Shown: piece by piece, positions 1 through 12,072 of the stretch
Layout of the letters: each line of letters opens with the position of its first letter
Position numbering within the stretch: the stretch's first letter is position 1
Translations under genes and position numbers: made by a program
The notes under the pieces: model-generated
What the model was told of the DNA's origin: nothing
What the model saw: only the letters and a program-made list of their open reading frames with translations
The model's database searches: none
Assembly: GCA_039908525.1 (NCBI GenBank)
Contig: JAMOAY010000006.1
Location: 56,562 to 120,561 of the forward strand
DNA from: Magnetococcus sp. MYC-9
Lineage (GTDB): Bacteria; Pseudomonadota; Magnetococcia; Magnetococcales; Magnetaquicoccaceae
Length of the DNA: 64,000 bases
Direction of reading: 5' to 3'

Positions 1-2
1 CC

Positions 3-644
3 CTGAACCTCTCCCGATGTGTGGGGGCACGGGATTGTGTCCGGGCCTGTGTGCAGGAGAACAACTGCGGACGCCATGACACCCTGGAAAACATCCGGGT
101 GCTCAGTCTGCCCCGTGGCAGTTGGGCGTTGGCCGAGGCCGATCCCTACTACAACCCCCCCCAGGTCCCGGAGGCAGGACGCTGGTACCTGCCGGTACAG
201 TGCCAACAATGCGACGATCCTCCGTGTGTGCAAAACTGCCCTGTCCGTGCCACCTGGAAGGAGCCGGATGGGGTGGTCGTCATCGACTATGACTGGTGCA
301 TCGGTTGCCGGGCCTGCGCCGTCGCCTGCCCATATGGCGCACGCCACTTCAACTGGCAGAAACCCGCCATTCCGCACGGGGAGATGACCACGGAGACCCA
401 CTACCTGGGCAATCGACCCCGACCGATGGGGGTGATGGAAAAGTGCACCTTTTGCATCCAGAGAACCCGCAACGGTCTGCAGCCCGCCTGCCTGGAGGCC
501 TGCCGCACGGGGGCCCGGATCTTTGGCAATCTGTTGGACCCGGCCAGTGAGATTCGTCACATCCTGGCCACTCGCCCCATCTATCGGTTCAAGGAAGATC
601 TGGGCAGCAAACCCCGGTTTTTTTACTTTGTGGATGCGGCATGA
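3..644 (+). CDS. 4Fe-4S dicluster protein, NrfC/DsrO/TtrB-like (5' end truncated by window)
   Basis: Frame open from base 3; ferredoxin motifs CVGARDCVRAC, CQQCDDPPCVQNCP, CIGCRACAVACP, KCTFC..PACLEAC; stop overlaps the next ATG (ATGA). Confidence 0.9.
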   Translation: MNLSRCVGARDCVRACVQENNCGRHDTLENIRVLSLPRGSWALAEADPYYNPPQVPEAGRWYLPVQCQQCDDPPCVQNCPVRATWKEPDGVVVIDYDWCIGCRACAVACPYGARHFNWQKPAIPHGEMTTETHYLGNRPRPMGVMEKCTFCIQRTRNGLQPACLEACRTGARIFGNLLDPASEIRHILATRPIYRFKEDLGSKPRFFYFVDAA

Positions 645-1711
645 AAAGGCGGCTGTGGTGGGGGATATGGCTGACGGCCCTGCTGCTCGGTCTGCAGGGT
701 TACACCGAGCAGTGGCGTTCGGGGTTGGCGGTGACCGGCCTCAGCGATTCCGTGCTGTGGGGGTTGTATATCAGCCAGTTTGTCTTTCTGGTCGGGGTGG
801 CGGCCTCGGCGGTGATTCTGGTCATCCCTGTCTGGCTGTTTGATCACCCGACTGCCCGTGCCCTGCTCCGTCTGGCCGAGTCCCTGGCCCTGACCGCCGT
901 GGTCATGAGTCTCCTGTTTGTGACCGTCGATCTGGGCCAACCCGCCCGGTTGTGGCATGCCCTGCCGGTGGTGGGGCAGTTGCAGTTTCCCCAGGCCATC
1001 ATCGTCTGGGATCTTCTGGTCCTGATCGCCTACCTGCTGCTGACCCTGCTGCTGTGGGCAGGTTGGCGGCACCCCGCCGGCATCCTGCTGGCGGCAGTTC
1101 TGGGTGTGGCCATTCACACCGTCACCGCATTCCTGCTGGCCGGGCATCCTGCCCGGCCCTTCTGGCACACCGGGGTCATGGCGCCGCGGTTTATCATGTC
1201 GGCCTTCGCCTCGGGAGCGGCTCTGCTGCTCCTGCTGCAGCGCTTCTGGCCGGCTGGTACGGCGGCATGGGGAGAGATCTACCTGCGTCGTCTGTTTCTC
1301 GCCTGTCTGGGCATCGACTTTTTTTTATGGATTTCCGAGGGATTTGTCTGGTTCTACCGGGTAACGGCCGATGGGGAGTCCGCCCGCCTGCTCTACGGGG
1401 GAGGATTGGGCTTCTGGAGTCTCTGGGTGTGGACAGGCATCGGTTTGAAAGGGGTGGCCCTGTGGACGGCATGGCGACATGGTCGCGGGTATGGGTGGGG
1501 CGTGCTGGGGGTATGGATGGAGAAAGGGCTGGGCCTGATCGTGCCGGGCTTCATCCCCACCCCCCTGGGGGAGGTGGTCCACTACTGGCCCAGCCGGGTG
1601 GAGTTGCAAGTTACCCTGGGGATCTGGGCTTTGGGGTTGTGGCTGCTGAGCCGACTGCTCCGACCGACCGGCCCGGAGCATGGCCAGACGCAGGAGAGGA
1701 TCCCTCCATGA
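641..1711 (+). CDS. NrfD/PsrC/DsrP-family polytopic membrane anchor
   Basis: Highly hydrophobic; WGLYISQFVFLVGVAASA and DLGQPARLWH motifs of the NrfD family; follows the Fe-S subunit. Confidence 0.9.
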   Translation: MKRRLWWGIWLTALLLGLQGYTEQWRSGLAVTGLSDSVLWGLYISQFVFLVGVAASAVILVIPVWLFDHPTARALLRLAESLALTAVVMSLLFVTVDLGQPARLWHALPVVGQLQFPQAIIVWDLLVLIAYLLLTLLLWAGWRHPAGILLAAVLGVAIHTVTAFLLAGHPARPFWHTGVMAPRFIMSAFASGAALLLLLQRFWPAGTAAWGEIYLRRLFLACLGIDFFLWISEGFVWFYRVTADGESARLLYGGGLGFWSLWVWTGIGLKGVALWTAWRHGRGYGWGVLGVWMEKGLGLIVPGFIPTPLGEVVHYWPSRVELQVTLGIWALGLWLLSRLLRPTGPEHGQTQERIPP

Positions 1712-3294
1712 GCATGATATGCCATTCTCCCGGACGCCGACATTTTTTGCGCACGCTCGCCTCCGTGGCGGCCGTTTTGGCGGTACCGAAGGTCACCCTG
1801 GCCGGGGCGCTCTCCCTGCATCCAAAACGGTCACCCTTCACCCTCGGCGTGGCCAGCGGCTCGCCCACCAGCGACGGCTTTGTCATCTGGACCCGCCTTC
1901 TGGGCGATGAGATACCTGCCGACCAGGCCGTGCAGGTGGCCTGGGAGCTGTTTGAGCCCGATACACCAGAGCAGCCCATCCTCCAGGGACAAACGGCGGC
2001 CATTCCCGCATTGGGCCATTCGGTGCACGTGGAGGTGGCGGGATTGGCGGCCGACCGCTGGTATGGGTATCGTTTTCGGGTCGGGAATGTCGTCAGCGGC
2101 AGTGGCAGGGCCCGAACCTTGCCGCCCTCCCAGAGCCTGCCCGCACAACTGCGCTTTGCCTACGCCTCGTGCCAGCATTGGGAATCCGGATTTTACGCGG
2201 CCTATCGTCACATGCAGGAGGAAAACCTGGATCTGGTTGCCTTTGTGGGGGATTACATCTACGAGGGCGGCTCCAGTCAGGATCCCCGGGCCGTGCGCCG
2301 CCATGGACTACCGAAGGCACGCACCCTGCAGGATTTCCGTGCCCGCTACACCCTGTACAAAAGCGATCCCCTGCTGCAGGCCATGCACGCCCGCTGCCCC
2401 TGGCTGCTGATCTGGGACGATCACGAGGTGGAGAATGACTACGCAGCCACCCATTCCATTTATGGTACCGAACAGTTCAGTCAGCTGCGTGCAGCCGGCT
2501 ATCAGGCCTATTACGAACACATGCCCTTGCGGGCCTCTGTTCTCCAGGCAGGTGTGGAGGGTCTGTTGCGCGGGGAAGAGCTGCGCCTTTACGGGCGCGT
2601 CGATTTTGGCCGCCTGGCCACCTTTCACCTGCTGGATTGCCGCCAATACCGGGATCCTCCTTTGTGCCCGAACGGCAAACAGGTTGATCCCCCATCCGGC
2701 TGCATGTCGGCGGATGCGGCACGCAGCATGCTGGGGTTGACACAGGAGAGGTGGCTGGAAGAAAGCTGCCGGCAGAGCACCGCACAGGGTACCCACTGGA
2801 ACCTGTTGCTGAGTCAGAGCCGCCTGACCCCGGCCAACTATCACGACGGCGCGGGCCATCGTGTCACCGTGGACCGCTGGGACGGTTATCCCGATGCCCG
2901 CCTGCGCCTGCTGCAATCGATTGTCCGCCACCGGCCACGCAACCCATTGATCGTGGGGGGAGACATCCATCAGAACTGGGTGGCCCGTGTGCATCAGGAT
3001 CCCTACGACATCCGCTCACCCGTGGTGGCCAGTGAGTTTATCGGTACCAGCCTCTCTTCACGCATGGGGCGCACTCAGGAGGCCGCCGAACGCCATGCCG
3101 CGCAAAATCCGCACTGCCTTCTGTCCAACACGGAAAAGCGCGGCTATGGCGTGGTGACGGTGACCCCGTCCCTTGCGCAGGTCGATTTGCGGGTGTTGGA
3201 CAACGTGCGAGACCCGCACTCCGACATCACAACGCTGGCGCGCTTTGTGGTGGACACCGACAGACCGCTGCGTCGGGTCGGACCGGCAGAGTGA
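1708..3294 (+). CDS. phoD: PhoD-like alkaline phosphatase with Tat signal peptide
   Basis: Start reassigned to ATG 1708 (GGAGAGGA upstream; overlaps NrfD stop). GRRHFL twin-arginine motif; FTLGVASG, GDYIYE, WDDHEV, WDGY, GGDIH motifs. Confidence 0.9.
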   Translation: MSMICHSPGRRHFLRTLASVAAVLAVPKVTLAGALSLHPKRSPFTLGVASGSPTSDGFVIWTRLLGDEIPADQAVQVAWELFEPDTPEQPILQGQTAAIPALGHSVHVEVAGLAADRWYGYRFRVGNVVSGSGRARTLPPSQSLPAQLRFAYASCQHWESGFYAAYRHMQEENLDLVAFVGDYIYEGGSSQDPRAVRRHGLPKARTLQDFRARYTLYKSDPLLQAMHARCPWLLIWDDHEVENDYAATHSIYGTEQFSQLRAAGYQAYYEHMPLRASVLQAGVEGLLRGEELRLYGRVDFGRLATFHLLDCRQYRDPPLCPNGKQVDPPSGCMSADAARSMLGLTQERWLEESCRQSTAQGTHWNLLLSQSRLTPANYHDGAGHRVTVDRWDGYPDARLRLLQSIVRHRPRNPLIVGGDIHQNWVARVHQDPYDIRSPVVASEFIGTSLSSRMGRTQEAAERHAAQNPHCLLSNTEKRGYGVVTVTPSLAQVDLRVLDNVRDPHSDITTLARFVVDTDRPLRRVGPAE

Positions 3295-3344
3295 TACCCG
3301 AAGATGTTGCGCAACCGGGACTTGGTTATTGTTCATGCCAAAAT

Positions 3345-3399
3345 GGGGGCTTTGCCCCTGGACCCCACCAGGGGGATAATCCCCCTGGACCCATAATAG
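3345..3399 (+). repeat. Dispersed double-hairpin intergenic repeat, copy 1
   Basis: GGGGC-TTT-GCCCC TGGACCCCACC AGGGGG-ATAAT-CCCCCT GGACCCATAATAG; near-identical to the reverse complement of 20256-20309 and to 31449-31497. Confidence 0.85.
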
Positions 3400-3407
3400 C
3401 CAAGACA

Positions 3408-4343
3408 TTAAAAAGGCTCGGGCAGCAACGCCGCCAAGATCCGTCGTGCCCCCTGCTCGAGCAGCGCCTCTGCCAGGCGCTGGCCCAGGGCCTCCGGCTG
3501 CTCTCTGGAACCCTGCATCTGCTGGGTGATCATCTCACGACCATCCAGGGAGGAGACCCGACCTCTGAGCTGCAGGATATCCCCCTGCAATTGGGCATGG
3601 CCGGCGATGGGCACCTGACACCCCCCCTCCAGAGTGGCCAGAAAGGCCCGTTCCGCGCTGACACACTGCCAGGTTGGCAGATGGTTCAGAGGGGCCAGCA
3701 GCTCGGCCAGTCGCGCATCCTGTTGACGCGTCTCGATCCCGATGGCCCCCTGCCCGTTGGCGGGGATCACGCGCTCCGGGTCCAGATACTCCACCACGTG
3801 CTCGGTGAGCTGCAACCGTTTGACCCCTGCCGCAGCCAACAGGATGGCATCGAACAACCCTTCCGCCAGTTTGGCGATGCGGGTATTGACATTCCCCCGC
3901 AACGACACCACCCGCACATCCGGGCGCAGGTGGAGCAGTTGGCTCTGCCGGCGCAGGGAGGAGGATCCCACCACCGCCCCTGCGGGCAGCGCCGCCAGAC
4001 TGGCATAACGCACGGAGAGCAGCACATCCCTGGGATCCTCCCGTTCCAGGATGGCGGCCAGTCGCAAACCCTCGGGGATGACCGCCGGCACATCCTTCAT
4101 GGAGTGAACCGCCAGGTCGATCTCCTCTGACAACAAAGCCTCTTCCAACTCCTTGACGAACAACCCTTTGCCGCCCACCTTGGCCAGAGGAACATCCAGA
4201 ATCTTGTCCCCCTGGGTTTTGATGATGCGCAACGCCACCTCTTGCCCAGGATGGCGGGTCTGCAACAGGGTTTTGACCCATTCGGCCTGCCAGAGGGCAA
4301 GGGCACTGCCCCGGGTGCCAATGATGATCGGCGGTATTGTCAT
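3408..4343 (-). CDS. hemC: Hydroxymethylbilane synthase (porphobilinogen deaminase)
   Basis: IGTRGSALALWQA, GGKGLFVKELE, AVHSMKD, LEGGCQVPI; start reassigned to ATG 4343 (MTIPPIIIG). Confidence 0.97.
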   Translation of the reverse strand: MTIPPIIIGTRGSALALWQAEWVKTLLQTRHPGQEVALRIIKTQGDKILDVPLAKVGGKGLFVKELEEALLSEEIDLAVHSMKDVPAVIPEGLRLAAILEREDPRDVLLSVRYASLAALPAGAVVGSSSLRRQSQLLHLRPDVRVVSLRGNVNTRIAKLAEGLFDAILLAAAGVKRLQLTEHVVEYLDPERVIPANGQGAIGIETRQQDARLAELLAPLNHLPTWQCVSAERAFLATLEGGCQVPIAGHAQLQGDILQLRGRVSSLDGREMITQQMQGSREQPEALGQRLAEALLEQGARRILAALLPEPF

Positions 4344-4436
4344 CGGAAATCCTCTCGTTGTAACCTTCCCCGGCCCGGTCGGCGGGCGGTCATCCCCTGC
4401 AGAAGGGGCCATTCCGGCTGATGGTCCGCTATTTGA

Positions 4437-7050
<2,614 letters not shown>

Positions 7051-7054
<4 letters not shown>

Positions 7055-8151
7055 AAAGAACCCCGTTGTTTGACCAGCATGTCGCCATGGGGGGTAAAAT
7101 GGTGGACTTTGCCGGCTGGGAGATGCCGCTCCACTATGGCTCCCAGCTGCGGGAACATGCCGCCGTGCGTCGGCATTGCGGCCTGTTTGACGTTTCCCAT
7201 ATGGGGGTCATCGATCTGAGCGGGGCGCGGGTGGAAAAACTGCTGCGCTTTCTGTTGAGCAACGATGTGGCCCGCATTCCGCAGCCCGGCCAGGCCCAGT
7301 ATGGGCTGATGTTGAACAACCAGGGCGGGGTATCCGACGATCTTATAGCCTATCGCATTGACAACGAACATTTTTTCCTGGTGGTCAATGCCGCCAACCG
7401 GGAGAAGGCATTGACCTGGATCCGGGTGCATGCCGCCTCCTATGGGGTGCGGGTGGTGGATCGGCGCGAGTTGATGATACTGGCCGTGCAGGGACCCAAA
7501 GCGGCCAGGCAGCTGCAACTCTGCTTGCCGGATGGCATGGGCAGGGAGGCATTGACACTCAAACCTTTTCATTTCTTGCAGAAAAATGGTTGGCGCATTG
7601 CCCGCACCGGCTATACGGGCGAGGACGGTTTCGAGGTGATGGTGGAAACAGAGGATGGGCTGACCTTGTGGGACAGCCTGCTGCGGGTCGGTGTGGCGGC
7701 GGTCGGTCTGGGGGCTCGGGATACCCTGCGACTTGAGGCCGGCATGCACCTGTACGGCCATGACATGGATGGACACACCTCGCCGTTGGAGTGTGGTTTG
7801 ACCTGGACCATTGCCTGGCAACCCCTGGAACGGGATTTTATAGGTCGGCAGGCGTTGGCCCCCCTTTGGAACCAGGGACCGGCCCGCAAGCGGGTCGGGT
7901 TGATCCTGCAAGAGCGTGGCGTCCTGCGGGACCACCAGGAGATTCTCTGGCAAGACCGACCGGTGGGACAGGTCACCAGTGGCGGCTATTCACCCACCCT
8001 GGAAAAAGGTATTGCTCTGGCGAGGGTGACCCGTGAGGTGCCCATGGGTACGACCTGCCAGGTGGCGATGCGCGGTCGCATGATGGATCTCCTGGTGGTG
8101 CGACCGCCGTTTGTGCGGTTGGGCCAGGTGGCGTTCCGGGTCAACGAGTAG
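7051..8151 (+). CDS. gcvT: Glycine cleavage system aminomethyltransferase T
   Basis: [49 protein letters not shown]. Confidence 0.96.
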
Positions 8152-8172
8152 AGCGGTCATGACAGAGACTCC

Positions 8173-9297
8173 ATGGATCCGGTGACCCACGCCCTTCTGG
8201 GCGGCACGACGGCCGTTCTGTTCACCTCCCGCCACAGGCTGGCCACGGCCGCCGTGGTGGGAGGATGCGCTGCCTTGCTGGCGGACCTGGACGTATTGAT
8301 CCAATCCGATCAGGATCCTTTGCTGCAACTGGAGTTTCACCGTCAGTTCACCCATGCCCTGATCTTCACGCCCGTGGGGGGCCTGGTGGCCACCCTGCTG
8401 CTCTGGTGGTGGGCCAGGGCGCGTGCGACGTTCCGGCAGACCTGGATTATGGCTTGCTGGGGGTATGTGACCGCCGGTCCCCTGGACGCATGCACCAGTT
8501 ATGGCACCCAACTGCTTTGGCCGTTTTCCGACCTGCGTATCGCCTGGAGCATCGTGCCGGTGGTGGAACCGGTGACAACAGCGCTGCTGGCGGTTTTTCT
8601 GCTCCTGACCGTGCTCCGGCATCACAAACGGTGGGCGGTTGCGGGCGGGGTCATGGTGGGGCTGTGGTTCGGTGTGGCATGGTTTCAACACCAGCGGGCC
8701 AGCGACATGGCCATGGTCTGGGCGCAACAACGGGGCGACCAGGTTGAAGCGTTGCACATCAAGCCCACCATGATGAATCTTGTGTTGTGGCGGGCCGTCT
8801 ACAAAATCGGCCCGGATATCCAGAGTGTCGCGTTGCGTCCGGGGCTGTGGGGAGAGGCGCGCCTCTATCCGGGAGAGCGCGCCCGCTGGATCGATCCGGC
8901 CAGACCTCTGCCGGGTATTCCGATGGAGTCGGTTTTGGGTCAGGATGTGCGTCGTTTTGTGCGGCTCTCCGACCATTTTGTTGTGATCCATCCCCGACAT
9001 CCCCATGTGATCGGGGATGGACGGTACGCCTTGCTGCCCCACACCATCGATCCGTTATGGGGCATCACCCTGGATCCGGACCGCAGCGGTCGGCACGCCC
9101 CCTTTGACAGTTTCCGCGCCTGGGGACCGGAGACCGTGGGTGTTCTGCTGCACATGCTGTTGGGCAGAAAGGGCGTGCCTGCTCTCTCCCGCTCCGCAGC
9201 CGGGGATCCACCATCGGCACGCAACCCAAACGGTATCTCCCTTATGCCGAACGCCGCATCCCGGCATGCCCCTTCTCATACTCCTCCAGGAAGCTGA
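8173..9297 (+). CDS. Metal-dependent hydrolase, inner-membrane YbcI/YdjM-like
   Basis: [39 protein letters not shown] motifs; several TM segments. Confidence 0.85.
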   Translation: MDPVTHALLGGTTAVLFTSRHRLATAAVVGGCAALLADLDVLIQSDQDPLLQLEFHRQFTHALIFTPVGGLVATLLLWWWARARATFRQTWIMACWGYVTAGPLDACTSYGTQLLWPFSDLRIAWSIVPVVEPVTTALLAVFLLLTVLRHHKRWAVAGGVMVGLWFGVAWFQHQRASDMAMVWAQQRGDQVEALHIKPTMMNLVLWRAVYKIGPDIQSVALRPGLWGEARLYPGERARWIDPARPLPGIPMESVLGQDVRRFVRLSDHFVVIHPRHPHVIGDGRYALLPHTIDPLWGITLDPDRSGRHAPFDSFRAWGPETVGVLLHMLLGRKGVPALSRSAAGDPPSARNPNGISLMPNAASRHAPSHTPPGS

Positions 9298-10918
9298 TCA
9301 CCTCCTGTCGGTACTCGTAATAGCGGGGGTGGTTCAGCAGGTCGGCCCGGGTTCTGGGTCGGGGCAACGCAACCGACAGGATCTTGCCGATGCGGGCATG
9401 GGGGCCGTTGGTCATCATCACCACCCGATCGGCCAACAGAATGGCCTCGTCCACGTCGTGCGTGACGCAGATGGTGGTCACCTGGGTGCGGGACCACACC
9501 TCCATCAACACCTCCTGCAGCTCCCAACGGGTCAGGCTGTCCAACATGCCAAAAGGTTCGTCGAGCAACAACAGCTTGGGAGAGAGGGCGAAGGCGCGGG
9601 CAATGCCCACCCGCTGCCGCATGCCGTTGGACATTTCGGCCGCACGGCGATCCATGGCATCCGCCAGCCCCACCTTGGCGAGATAGTAGCTGACCACATC
9701 ATTCCGCTCGGCCCGACTGGCATGGGGATAGACCCGATCCACCCCCAGGGCAACGTTCTGCCGGGCCGTCAGCCAGGGAAACAGAGAGGGAGATTGAAAA
9801 ACCACCGCCCGGTCCGGTCCGGACCCTGAAACCTCCCGACCGTTGAGGACGATTCCCCCCAGGCTGACATCCGTGAGCCCCGCCACCATGGAAAGTACCG
9901 TGGATTTGCCACATCCGGAGTGGCCGATGAGCGAGACAAACTCCCCCCGGCTCATGTGCAGGTTGAAACCATCCACTACCGTCAGTGGACCCTTGGGGGT
10001 GGGAAAACTCTTGACCACCCCCTCGAATTCCACATAACGGGCCACGCGGAGCCCGCGGGTAACGTCGGTGTAGGCCTTGGGCGGAGCGGCTGCGGCGCTG
10101 CCCGTCAACCGTGGCTGCAGCTCAGGCAATGCCACCTGTGCCTCTCGGGAGGTGGCACGCATCTCCCCGGCCGCCAGCATGAAACGGGTAATCTCAGCGC
10201 GCAATTTCTTGAAATCGGCGCCCCGTTCAATCCTCTTGCGCTCACGGGGACGGGCAAAAGAGACGGAAAAGGAGCGCCCCAGGGTGGCCCCATGGGCACC
10301 CGGCAGGAGGGGAATGACCCGGTCCGCCAACAGCAGGGCCTCATCCACATCGTTGGTGATCAGAATCACCGTTTTGCCGTCCCGTCCGCAGATGCTCTCG
10401 AACTCCTCTTGCAGCCGGGCCCGGGTCAGGGCATCCAGGGCGGACAAAGGTTCGTCCAACAGCAGCAGCTCCGGGTTCAACGCCAGGGCGCGGGCCACCG
10501 AGACCCGCTGCCGCATCCCTCCGGAGAGTTCCGCCGGTCGCCGGTCACCGGCGTGGGCCAGGCCGACCAGGCTGACATACTCCTCCACCAGGGCGGCCTT
10601 GCGTTCGGCGGAGTGCCCGGAGCTGTCCAGGGCCAAAGCCACGTTTTCCCGCACCGTCAACCAGGGCATCAGGGCATAGTTCTGGAAGACCACCCCCCGA
10701 TCGGGCCCCGGCTCGCGAAGCTCCCTGCCCCGCAGGGTGATGCGACCCCGGTCCGGGGTGACCAGACTGGCGATCAGCGAGATCAGGGTGCTCTTGCCGG
10801 TGCCTGAAAAGCCCAGGATGGCCACAAACTCCCCTTCTGCTACCTCCAGATTGATATCCGCCAGCACCGGGGTGCTGCCAAACGATTTACCAACCCCTTT
10901 CAACTCCAGAAATGCCAT
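9242..10918 (-). CDS. Nitrate ABC transporter ATP-binding protein with two fused ATPase domains (NrtC/NrtD-like)
   Basis: Two Walker A motifs ([18 protein letters not shown]), signatures LSGGMRQR and MSNGMRQR, two LLLLDEP motifs. Confidence 0.92.
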   Translation of the reverse strand: MAFLELKGVGKSFGSTPVLADINLEVAEGEFVAILGFSGTGKSTLISLIASLVTPDRGRITLRGRELREPGPDRGVVFQNYALMPWLTVRENVALALDSSGHSAERKAALVEEYVSLVGLAHAGDRRPAELSGGMRQRVSVARALALNPELLLLDEPLSALDALTRARLQEEFESICGRDGKTVILITNDVDEALLLADRVIPLLPGAHGATLGRSFSVSFARPRERKRIERGADFKKLRAEITRFMLAAGEMRATSREAQVALPELQPRLTGSAAAAPPKAYTDVTRGLRVARYVEFEGVVKSFPTPKGPLTVVDGFNLHMSRGEFVSLIGHSGCGKSTVLSMVAGLTDVSLGGIVLNGREVSGSGPDRAVVFQSPSLFPWLTARQNVALGVDRVYPHASRAERNDVVSYYLAKVGLADAMDRRAAEMSNGMRQRVGIARAFALSPKLLLLDEPFGMLDSLTRWELQEVLMEVWSRTQVTTICVTHDVDEAILLADRVVMMTNGPHARIGKILSVALPRPRTRADLLNHPRYYEYRQEVISFLEEYEKGHAGMRRSA

Positions 10919-10969
10919 CTGCCTTCTCCTTGTCGTCTGCCGCGCCCTGTTATGGATCCGATGTCTGTC

Positions 10970-12055
10970 TCAACGCACCGCACTGTGGGTGAACAGGGTT
11001 TGCAGTGCCTGCATGACCCGGTCCAGCAGAAAGCCGATGGCGCCGATGGTCAACACGGCCGCCATGATTCTGGCCAGGGATTGGGAGGAGCCGTTCTGAA
11101 ACTCATCCCAGACAAATTTGCCCAGTCCGGGGTTCTGGGCCAACATTTCGGCGGCGATGAGCACCATCCAGCCCACCCCCAGAGAGAGGCGCAGGCCGGT
11201 GAACATGTAAGGCAGGGCCGAAGGAATCACCAGACGACGCACCTTGGTGCCCCAGGAGAGGCGCAACACCCGCACCACATTCATCAGATCCCGATCGATG
11301 GAGGCGACCCCCACGGCGGTATTGATCAGCGTCGGCCACAGGGAACAGAGGGTGACGGTGATGGCCGAGGTGAGAAACGATTTCTCAAACAGGGGCTGCT
11401 CCGAGACATACGCGGCACTGACCACCATGGTCACCAGGGGCAGCCAGGCCAGCGGAGAGACCGGCTTGAAAAGCTGGATCAGGGGATTCAAGGCGGCGTT
11501 GATGGTGGGGGAGAGCCCACACAACACCCCCAGGGGGATGGCCAACAGACCTCCCAGCAGAAAACCGGCAAACACCGTCTTCAGGCTGGTGACAATCTGG
11601 TCCAGAAAGGTGGCCGACCCGGTATACGGACGACGGCTCGCCGTCAATCCCTGGGCGATACGTTCCTGTGCCAGTTTTTCCTGACGGGCAGAAAAGGCTG
11701 CACGTCTATCCTGTTCCGCCCGATGCTCCTCGTAGAGAATCACGAACTGCTGCCCCACCATGGTCGGCCCGGGAATCTCACCCAGGCTGGTCTTGACCTG
11801 GGGCGCCAGCAGCGACCAGGCGCCCAGAAACAGCCCGATGGCCATGAGCGGAATCAGCAATCCCAACCACAGTGCCTTGATCTGGCTCCTGGGATCCTGT
11901 CCAGACAGCAGACGGAAAAGAGGTACCAGCCAACCCAGGCCCAGCAGGCTCAGGAGGGGGACCAGTTGCATCAGCGCACGGCGCAGGCGCCCCATCCAAC
12001 GGGGCAGCACAGGGTTCAACGCGGGACTCATGGGGAGAGTGGCTTCGTTCTGCAT
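10970..12055 (-). CDS. nrtB: Nitrate ABC transporter permease NrtB
   Basis: PVSPLAWLP, WPTLINTAVGV, TGLRLSLGVGWMVLIAAEML, GLGKFVWDEFQNG; AAGGA 8 nt before ATG 12055. Confidence 0.92.
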   Translation of the reverse strand: MQNEATLPMSPALNPVLPRWMGRLRRALMQLVPLLSLLGLGWLVPLFRLLSGQDPRSQIKALWLGLLIPLMAIGLFLGAWSLLAPQVKTSLGEIPGPTMVGQQFVILYEEHRAEQDRRAAFSARQEKLAQERIAQGLTASRRPYTGSATFLDQIVTSLKTVFAGFLLGGLLAIPLGVLCGLSPTINAALNPLIQLFKPVSPLAWLPLVTMVVSAAYVSEQPLFEKSFLTSAITVTLCSLWPTLINTAVGVASIDRDLMNVVRVLRLSWGTKVRRLVIPSALPYMFTGLRLSLGVGWMVLIAAEMLAQNPGLGKFVWDEFQNGSSQSLARIMAAVLTIGAIGFLLDRVMQALQTLFTHSAVR

Positions 12056-12072
12056 GGGAAATATCCTTATCA

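Noticed and set aside
952-1707. Long N-terminal extensions given by the ORF track (phoD here; also narI, algH, rsmI, yraN, yebC, ruvA, tolQ, tolR)
   Set aside because: They overlap upstream genes; downstream starts with RBS or stop-start overlaps match the family N-termini.
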